This document shows, piece by piece, positions 56,967 to 64,000 of a stretch of 64,000 nt of DNA (within the stretch, counting starts at the first letter, position 1; the number at the start of each line of letters is the position of its first letter). The position numbers and the translations under genes are program-made. The stretch covers positions 288,001 through 352,000 of the forward strand of contig CAWJTV010000041.1 in NCBI GenBank assembly GCA_963845755.1, in the 5' to 3' direction. Source of the DNA: an uncultured Planctomycetota bacterium. GTDB taxonomy: Bacteria; Planctomycetota; Planctomycetia; Isosphaerales; Isosphaeraceae. The notes below the pieces were generated by a model. It was given only the letters and a program-made list of their open reading frames with translations, was not told where the DNA came from and did no database searches.

Positions 56967-57493
56967 GCGGGCCCGGCGGCGCCGGGGACCCCGTTCCGCC
57001 CGACGGCTTCTTCCCGGCGGTCTATGACGAGCTGAAGCGGCTGGCCGCTGCCCGGCTGGCCGGAGAGCGTGCCGGGCATTCGCTCGACGCCACGGCGCTG
57101 GTGCACGAGGCGTACCTGAGACTGGGTGCGGAGTCGTTCGCCGACCGGAGCGCCTTCTTCCGCGCCGCGGCCGTCGCCATGCAGCGGATCCTGGTCGACC
57201 ACGCCCGCCGTCGCAAGGCCGCGCGGCGCGGCGGCGGGGCGCGGACGATCGCCCTCGACGGCGATGCCCCCGCCCTGGGCGCCGACCCCGACCTGGTGCT
57301 CGACGTCAACGCGGCGCTGGAGCGGCTGGCGCGGGAGGACCCGACATCGGCCGAGGTCGCCCGCCATCGCCTCTTCGCCGGGTTGTCGATCGAGGAGGCC
57401 GCCGAGGCGCTGGGCCTCTCTCGCGCCACGGCCTTCCGCGAGTGGGCGTATGCCCGATCCTGGCTGGCCACCGCGCTGGACTCGGCCCGATGA
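56963..57493 (+). CDS. ECF-type sigma factor (planctomycete TIGR02999-like)
   Basis: VYDELKRLAA, LDATALVHEAYLRL, AMQRILVDHARRRKAARRGGG, FAGLSIEEAAEALGLS, WAYARSWL; ATGA overlap with the kinase stop. Confidence 0.9.
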   Translation: MSGPGGAGDPVPPDGFFPAVYDELKRLAAARLAGERAGHSLDATALVHEAYLRLGAESFADRSAFFRAAAVAMQRILVDHARRRKAARRGGGARTIALDGDAPALGADPDLVLDVNAALERLAREDPTSAEVARHRLFAGLSIEEAAEALGLSRATAFREWAYARSWLATALDSAR

Positions 57494-57576
57494 CCGGGGC
57501 CTCGTCGCCACCCGCAATCGCCGCGATACTGCGCGTCCTGAGACTCACGATCGCGGACTGGTCAGTCTGACCACCC

Positions 57577-58197
57577 TCACTCCCACGGCTCGACCTCGAC
57601 GATATCGCCGCTCTCGACGTCGTGGAACGTCGGCTCGAGCGTGTCGAGATCGATCATGGCGAAGGTCTGCGACGAATCGACCACCGGCATCGAGACGACC
57701 GAGCCGGGGTTGAGGACCAATCCTTGCCGACAGCGGTACCACATCGGGCGATGGGTATGGCCGACGATCAGCAGGTCGCAGTTGAGCAGGGAGAGATACT
57801 CGCGCAGGACTCCCGGCGGATGACTGCTCCGGTTGACGAACTCCATGTCGGAGCGCGGTGACCCATGTACGATACATCCGACGATTCGTTCATGCGAGAC
57901 GAGGATGTCGAAAGGCAACGCGCGCAAATAGTCGAGCGATTCGATGCTCGGCGTGCCGCCGCCGAACTCGTCCCGGACGCCCCAGCCGCGCTCGAGGGCC
58001 CAGCGGTCGTGATTGCCGCGGACGGCGGAGACGTCGTGCTCCTGGAGGAAGGCCACGACCCGGTCGGGGAATGGGCCGTAGCCGACGAGGTCCCCGGCGC
58101 AGACGATCCGGTCGGCGCCCATGACGGTGAGGTGGGCCCAGGCCAGCTCCAGCGCGATCGGATCACCGTGGAGGTCGGAGATCATACCGAGCTTCAT
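57577..58197 (-). CDS. Metallophosphoesterase (YfcE-like)
   Basis: SDLHG, GDLVGYG, RGNHD, HGSP, GHTH, NPGSV. Confidence 0.9.
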   Translation of the reverse strand: MKLGMISDLHGDPIALELAWAHLTVMGADRIVCAGDLVGYGPFPDRVVAFLQEHDVSAVRGNHDRWALERGWGVRDEFGGGTPSIESLDYLRALPFDILVSHERIVGCIVHGSPRSDMEFVNRSSHPPGVLREYLSLLNCDLLIVGHTHRPMWYRCRQGLVLNPGSVVSMPVVDSSQTFAMIDLDTLEPTFHDVESGDIVEVEPWE

Positions 58198-58209
58198 CGC
58201 CGTGGCTCG

Positions 58210-59058
58210 TCATGAGGCTTCGGGGGTGGCGGCGGACGGTGGGGCCGGGCGGGCGAGTGCGGCCAGTTCGGCCGATCGACGCGTGGCCGCCTCGACGGCG
58301 TCGATCAAGGCACCCCGGACGCCGCCCCGTTCCAGGGCATGGAGCCCAGCGATCGTCGTGCCGCCCGGCGAGGCCACCTGGTCCTTGAGCACGCCGGGAT
58401 GCAGGCCCGTGTCCCGGACCATCATGGCGGCGCCCAGGACGGTCTGGGCTGCCAGGAGCGTGGCCACCTCGCGCGGCAGGCCGGCGCGGACGCCGCCGTC
58501 GCTAAGCGCCTCGATGATCAGGTACACGAACGCCGGCCCGCTCCCCGAGAGGCCGGTCACCGCGTCGAGCAGGGATTCCGGAACGCGGACCGCTCGCCCG
58601 ACCGAGTCGAGACAGCCCTTGACGATGGACTCGTCCTCACGGACGGTCCGCGGGCCCATCGCATAGGCCGAGGCCCCCTCGCCGAGTAGGGCCGGCGTGT
58701 TGGGCATCACCCGGACCAGCCGGCCGGTCGCCGCGAGCCCCTCATCGATCGACGCGATCGTGATCCCCGCCGCGATCGAGATCACCAGATGGTCCGATGT
58801 CACCGCGGGACGGAGCTCTTGCAGCACCTGCCGCATGCTCTGCGGCTTCACGGCCAGGACCAGGACATCACTCCGCTCGACCACCGCAAGGTTTGAATCG
58901 AACGCGGTGATGCCGGTCTCGGTTTGTAAAGAGGACCGAGCTTCCGGCAGCGGGTCGCTGGCGGAGATGGACTCCGTCGCCGCGATTCCGGCGCGGAGCA
59001 TTCCCTTGACCAGGGCGGTCGCCATCTTCCCCGAGCCGATGAATCCCCAGCGCGGCAT
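58210..59058 (-). CDS. proC: Pyrroline-5-carboxylate reductase
   Basis: GFIGSGKMA, LAVKPQ, RVMPNTP, TGLSGSGPA, VASPGGTT. Confidence 0.96.
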   Translation of the reverse strand: MPRWGFIGSGKMATALVKGMLRAGIAATESISASDPLPEARSSLQTETGITAFDSNLAVVERSDVLVLAVKPQSMRQVLQELRPAVTSDHLVISIAAGITIASIDEGLAATGRLVRVMPNTPALLGEGASAYAMGPRTVREDESIVKGCLDSVGRAVRVPESLLDAVTGLSGSGPAFVYLIIEALSDGGVRAGLPREVATLLAAQTVLGAAMMVRDTGLHPGVLKDQVASPGGTTIAGLHALERGGVRGALIDAVEAATRRSAELAALARPAPPSAATPEAS

Positions 59059-59085
59059 GCTATTGCGACTCCAGCAAGACGTGGG

Positions 59086-59436
59086 TCAGGCTTTCTCACC
59101 AGGGAGGATCTCAAGGTCAAATTGGATTGCCTGACTTTGAGGAGGTAGATTGCAAAGCAGGCGCAGCGAAGGGATGCGAATCGGCTTCTGCGGCTCGTCC
59201 GTCACCAGGGTCACCAGGATGGGGACGTAGCCGAACCGCGCATAGGCACGCTCGGCCACTTCGATCTGATCCGAGCCCGACTCGATCACCCGCCCCTCAT
59301 GGATCGCCACAAACTGATCGCGGTGCGTTTTCAAGAGCTCGGGCAGGAGTCGCCCGAACGCGCGTTGCTCGCTCCGAAACTTGTCCTCGGAAGGAGTGGG
59401 CAAGACGGGAGCAGGAAACGTTTCCACCGAATTCAT
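59086..59436 (-). CDS. DUF5678-like small protein
   Basis: EQRAFGRLLPELLKTHRDQFVAIHEGRVIESG; separate ATG inside the long ORF, which is fused only by the upstream frame break. Confidence 0.65.
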   Translation of the reverse strand: MNSVETFPAPVLPTPSEDKFRSEQRAFGRLLPELLKTHRDQFVAIHEGRVIESGSDQIEVAERAYARFGYVPILVTLVTDEPQKPIRIPSLRLLCNLPPQSQAIQFDLEILPGEKA

Positions 59437-59519
59437 GGCCGTGTCCCTTCGGGTTGTTTGGAGTCCGCTCAACCCATCATACCGGCGCAACCGAGTGTCG
59501 ACGACCCCGGTCTCACGGC

Positions 59520-60858
59520 CTATCGATTGAACGGATACTCGTTGATCCAGTGGAAACCCCGGTTCATCAGGAGGAAGTCCGGCTGCGGCACCCGCCGAAG
59601 CCGGGCGCGGATCTTCTGGCCGTCCATCGTCCCCTGCACGGCGAGGACGTCGGCCGTCGGCTCCTCGTACGTCAGCGTTGTCTTCCAGGCGGGATCCTCG
59701 CGCTTCGTCAGGGTGAACGACTTCTGATCCGTATCGATCTTGAGACCATAGCGCGGGCGCGCGTCGTTCATCAGTTGGATGGCGACCGTTCTGGGATGAT
59801 CGAAGACCACGCGACGCCATCGTGGGCCGTCGGTAACCAGCGGCGGGTGCGATTGCCCGTCCACCACGAATTGTTCCACGTCCCAGATGCCGAAATAAGG
59901 CGGCTTGGGGGCAAGGTCGCCGAACGCTTTGCGACCGTGATCGGCACTCTGGAGCGTATTCGAGACGAGTAAAAGGACCCACAACGTTCGAAACACGATC
60001 GTACGCGCGATTGAGCCATGTTCGTTTCCAGAGCGGACGGATCTCGGCAGGCTCGACCGGTCGATTGAAGACGAACAGCCTCGCGAGCCGGGACAGGTCG
60101 GGCACCATCAGGAACAACGCCATGACCAGCAAGTGGGATGAAAACTGCTTCACCGGCACGTCGTAGCAGAAGTTGAGCATGGTCACGTGGCTCAGGACGC
60201 CGAAGCCGATCAAGGAACCGAGCAAGGTGGTGTGACGCATGGTCAAGAGAATGCCGCCGACGAATTCGCCGAGGCCGGTGAACATGTTGTAGCCTTCGGA
60301 GTACCCCATGAACGTCCAGAGGAGGCCCATCGGCGAGGCCTCCCCGAAGGGCTGGATGAGACGGCCGAGCGGCGGGTCGGGGAACTGGGCCTTGATGATC
60401 TTGACCGATCCATAGTTGACCATATTCATCGCGAGATAGAATCGGACCAGGACCCGCAGCCAGTCGTGCAGCCGATCGCCACGATGGCGTCTCCGGTCGA
60501 AGAGCGACCAGATCGCGGCGATCCCGATCGCCATCACCAGCTCGCAAAAGACTTGCACGTAGTTGTAGGTTGTATCCCCGCTGCCATTGGGGCGAATCGT
60601 GATCACCGTCTGAAACACATGTCTGCCGACCCAAGGTACGAATGCATCCCAGAAGCGATTGGCGGGCAGTGCCTCCACGGGGAACGGGAAGATGTAGAGG
60701 ACAAAGTACGCGCAGACGAATCGGAAGAGGACCTGTTGGGCAGGTCCCCACGGAGTGCCTGGTTCGCTCGGATCCGTACCCTGGCCCTTCATCGACGATA
60801 CGAGGACGCCTGTCTCGGAGTCCCAGGGAGGCTCAAGGATAGTTGATTGCATTGACAA
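59520..60858 (-). CDS. DoxX-like polytopic membrane protein (frame break near 60000)
   Basis: NGSGDTTYNY, YGSVKIIKAQFP, SPMGLLWTFMGYS, LNFCYDVPVK, C-terminal LMNRGFHWINEYPFNR. Confidence 0.75.
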
Positions 60859-60886
60859 GCGCTCGGTTCACTCCAATGTCGTGACG

Positions 60887-62011
60887 TCAATCGTCAGTCC
60901 TTTCCTCCGAACCCGCCGTGTTTTGCTCGAACCGCGACAGCTTTCGACGGAATTCCGGCCGGTCGAGCACCTCGGGGTTGACGATGTTCTCGGGAACGTC
61001 GCCCCCCGCGGCGCGTAGCATCCCGTCGGCCATGGCCTGGCCGGTCGCCTTCCAGACGTCGGAGGTTGACGCGGACCAGTGCGGGGTCAGGATCACATTG
61101 TCCAGCGCGAGCAAGGGATCGTCGAGGGGCAGGGGTTCGACTTCGAAGACATCTAACCCGGCGCCGGCGAGGCGGCGGTCGCGCAGTGCCGCGGCCAGCG
61201 CCGGCTGATCGACTAGCTCGCCCCGGCCGACATTGATGAAGTACGCCGTCGGCTTCATCAGGGCCAACTGCGATGCGCCAATCAAGCCGCGGGTCGCGTC
61301 GGTCAGGCGGCAATGCAGGCTGAGGAGGTCCGACGTGCGAAGAACCTCGTCCAGAGTCGTGAGGCGGACGCCCAGCGATTGGGCCTCGGTCGGATCGGCA
61401 TGGGGTGAGTAGGCAAGGAGGCGCATGTCAAACGGTCCGACCAGCCGCGCCAGCTCCCGGCCGCTGTGGCCCAGGCCGATGATGCCGAGGGTCCGGCCCT
61501 GGATCTCTCCGCCCAACACAGCGGCCTGGCGGTCCCAGCGGCCTGATCGCACGACGCGCTCCTGGTCCGGCAAACGCTTGGCCAGCGCGAGCATGAAGAG
61601 CAGGGCGGATGACGCCGTGGAATGGTTCAGCGCCATCGGGGCATTGAAGACCGCGACGCCCTGCTCGGTGCAAACGGCCAGGTCGATCTTGTCGTAGCCC
61701 GCCCCCGAACGGCCGATGACCACGAGGTTCTCCGCACCGTCTGCAAACGTGCTCCGCTTCACCCGGGGACGCAGCACGACCAGCCCATCGACGTCCCGGA
61801 TGTGGTCCGGCGCGATCTCGAGCGAATAGAGCCGCGACCAGTACGCCGAGTCTCCCGGCTTCGGGGCCAGGTCCGTCAGGAAGTGATGCCGGACGTGAGC
61901 GCACACCTTCAGTCGGCCCAGGCTGATGTCGCCATACGCCACGGCGCCCGACTCGTCCAGGAAGTCGCCTGTCAGCGCGATGCGGAAGACTTGCAAGGGA
62001 TCGATCCTCAT
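60887..62011 (-). CDS. D-isomer-specific 2-hydroxyacid dehydrogenase
   Basis: GAGYDKID, GIIGLGHSG, INVGRGELVD, GLDVFEVEP, LTPHWS. Confidence 0.92.
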   Translation of the reverse strand: MRIDPLQVFRIALTGDFLDESGAVAYGDISLGRLKVCAHVRHHFLTDLAPKPGDSAYWSRLYSLEIAPDHIRDVDGLVVLRPRVKRSTFADGAENLVVIGRSGAGYDKIDLAVCTEQGVAVFNAPMALNHSTASSALLFMLALAKRLPDQERVVRSGRWDRQAAVLGGEIQGRTLGIIGLGHSGRELARLVGPFDMRLLAYSPHADPTEAQSLGVRLTTLDEVLRTSDLLSLHCRLTDATRGLIGASQLALMKPTAYFINVGRGELVDQPALAAALRDRRLAGAGLDVFEVEPLPLDDPLLALDNVILTPHWSASTSDVWKATGQAMADGMLRAAGGDVPENIVNPEVLDRPEFRRKLSRFEQNTAGSEERTDD

Positions 62012-62247
62012 TCGAGATTCCGGATTCGAGATTCGAGATTCCGGATTCGAGATTCGAGATTCCGGATTCGAGATTCCGGATTCGAGATTCGAGATTCCGG
62101 ATTCGAGATTCGAGATTCGAGATTCGAGATTCCGGATTCGAGATTCGGGATTCCGGATTCGAGATTCGAGATTCCGGATTCGAGATTCGGGATTCCGGAT
62201 TCGAGATTCGGGATTCCGGATTCGAGATTCGGGATTCCGGATTCCAG
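62010..62247. repeat. Tandem array of 34 heptamers (attcgag / attccgg / attcggg)
   Basis: Read directly; loose 21-bp higher-order period. Confidence 0.97.
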
Positions 62248-62283
62248 ACGCCCGATCTCGGTATGTCTTGAACTGACCACTGA

Positions 62284-63444
62284 CTACTGACTACTGCGTT
62301 GGGTGAACTTCGTCTGCCAATCGCCGTCCCAGAGGCTGGGGAAGGCGTTGGCGACGTACGGATGGGCGTCGATCGCCGATTCGTCGAGATCCAGGCCGAG
62401 TCCAGGTGTATCGGCGAGGACGAACTCGCCGTGATGGATTGGGTTCCAGCCGCCGACCAGGTCGTTGCGCCAGGGGACGTCGAACTCGGCGAACGCCTCC
62501 TGGATCAGGAAGTTCGGCGTGGAGACGTCGAAGTGGAGGCAGGCGGCCAGGGCGACCGGCCCGATCGAACAATGGGGCGCCACGAGGATATCCTGGGGAG
62601 CCGCCATCGCCGCGATCTTCTTGCCCGCGAGGATGCCTCCACAATGGGCAAGGTCCATCTGGACGATATCGACGGCGCGTAAGGCCGTCAGCCGGTAGAA
62701 ATCCGCCTGGGTATAGAGCCGCTCGCCGGCGGCGATCGGACAGCCGGCCGAGCGCCTGATCTCGGCCAGTAGGTCGAGGCACTCCGGCGCGACTGGTTCC
62801 TCGCACCAGGCGGGCTGGAACCGCTCGAGCCGCCGGATCATCGCGGTCGCGGTCCCCGCGCCGAGCCGGCCGTGGAATTCGATCATCAGGCCGACGTCGG
62901 GCCCCACGGCGTCCCGAACCGCCGCGACCACGCCCACGACGGCGTCGATCTCGTCGGGCCCCAAGACCTTCCAGGCCGTACCGAACGGGTCGAATTTCAG
63001 GGCGCGATAGCCCTTCGCCACGGCCGCGCGCGCCCGCTCGGCATAGTCGGCGGGCGTGCACGCGCCACCGTACCACCCGTTGGCATAGGCCGGGATCCGC
63101 GCGTGGCAACGCCCGCCCAGCAGGCGATAGACTGGCTGATTGGTCGCCTTGCCGATGATGTCCCAGAGCGCGATCTCCACCCCGCTGATCGCCGTCAACA
63201 CCGTCGAGCCGCCCTGATACTGGTCGCGGATCATCCCGCCGATCACCGCTTCCACGTCGAACGGGTCGCGGCCCAGTACCCGGCCCTCGACCCACTCGTG
63301 GGCGATGGTCTGGACGGTCCGTTCCTGCCACTCGAGCGTCGCCTCGCCGATGCCCGTCAGGCCCGTATCGGTACGCAGGCGGAGGAACAGGTAGTTCCGC
63401 AGGCCGGCGTTGGCCAGGAAGGTTTCAAAGCCGACGATCTTCAT
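62284..63444 (-). CDS. Mandelate racemase/enolase superfamily enzyme (galactonate dehydratase-like)
   Basis: GIGEATLE, ISGVEIALWDIIGK, ALKFDPFG, IEFHGR, EEPV, AAGERLY, PGLGLDLDE. Confidence 0.9.
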   Translation of the reverse strand: MKIVGFETFLANAGLRNYLFLRLRTDTGLTGIGEATLEWQERTVQTIAHEWVEGRVLGRDPFDVEAVIGGMIRDQYQGGSTVLTAISGVEIALWDIIGKATNQPVYRLLGGRCHARIPAYANGWYGGACTPADYAERARAAVAKGYRALKFDPFGTAWKVLGPDEIDAVVGVVAAVRDAVGPDVGLMIEFHGRLGAGTATAMIRRLERFQPAWCEEPVAPECLDLLAEIRRSAGCPIAAGERLYTQADFYRLTALRAVDIVQMDLAHCGGILAGKKIAAMAAPQDILVAPHCSIGPVALAACLHFDVSTPNFLIQEAFAEFDVPWRNDLVGGWNPIHHGEFVLADTPGLGLDLDESAIDAHPYVANAFPSLWDGDWQTKFTQRSSQ

Positions 63445-63592
63445 CGTGAGTCCCGGGGTCAGGGAGTCGGTCCGATTCACGACTTGCAGGATGACGGCTC
63501 GGAGCGTAGTTTTCAAGCCGACCAAAGCCGGGGGACGAGTCCTTTCTCATCTGGCCGAAGGAACCGCGGCATCCGCCCGCGAGGGAGGGAGC

Positions 63593-64000
63593 ATGGAATA
63601 CCGCGTTGAAGTCAAGCCGGTCGAGTCACAGATGACCGCCGTGGTCCGGTTTCGAGCCCGTCAGGACGAACTCGCGCAGCTCGTCCCCGCAGCGTGCGGC
63701 GAGGTCTGGGAGTTCGCCCGTTCATCGCATCTCTCCCGACCTGGACGGCACCTGGCGCTGTACCTGGATGGCGAGATCCACCTCGAGGTCGGCGTTGAAG
63801 TCTTTGAACCTTTCGAGGGCAACGAGCGCGTGTCCTGCTCGAAGACTCCGGCGGGGCTGGTCGCCACGACGGTGCACATGGGCCCGTACGACCGCCTCCA
63901 CGAGGCTCATGAGGCGATTCACCGGTGGTGCGCAGAGAACGGACAGACGCTGGCCGGGCCGAGCTGGGAAGTCTATGGCCACTGGAATGATGATCCCGCG
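63593..64000 (+). CDS. GyrI-like small-molecule-binding domain protein, 3'-truncated by the window
   Basis: My translation: MEYRVEVKPVESQMTAVVR...VATTVHMGPYDRLHEAHEAIHRWC...GPSWEVYGHW; RBS ggaggga. Confidence 0.8.
   Translation, partial: MEYRVEVKPVESQMTAVVRFRARQDELAQLVPAACGEVWEFARSSHLSRPGRHLALYLDGEIHLEVGVEVFEPFEGNERVSCSKTPAGLVATTVHMGPYDRLHEAHEAIHRWCAENGQTLAGPSWEVYGHWNDDPA

Noticed and set aside
59086..60858. A single 590-aa DoxX-DUF5678 fusion
   Set aside because: Produced by a frame break near 60000; the DoxX-like C-terminus is in ORF 59520..59996
62010..62247. CRISPR array
   Set aside because: Contiguous 7-bp units with no unique spacers, and no cas genes in the window

Overview
GC-rich bacterial DNA whose gene content points to a planctomycete, probably Isosphaeraceae-like (ECF sigma/Ser-Thr kinase pair, prenyltransferase-repeat and DUF4175-like genes, Uma2 nuclease, PEP-CTERM proteins); this is inferred from family recognition, not a database search. 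About two dozen frame breaks interrupt otherwise intact genes, including glmS, gltX, aroC, purC and guaA. They are most likely sequencing indels, and most sit at GCGC motifs. Housekeeping genes include glmS, gltX, thpR, recA, aroC, purC, guaA and proC. The best candidate for an undescribed system is the accessory block at about 14.4-23 kb. It holds three phage-free tail-collar genes, DUF6916, a divergent GNAT, a TIGR03032 relic, PEP-CTERM surface proteins and an AlkP-superfamily/TPR/sulfotransferase fusion. Other notable items: miniature IS-ended elements carrying REP-like palindromes (one with a perfect 10-bp target duplication), a tandem duplication of HlyD-hairpin-only proteins that copies the last codons of the upstream gene, a 34-unit heptamer array at a gene junction, a two-ORF IS, and a candidate LexA-type box at recA.
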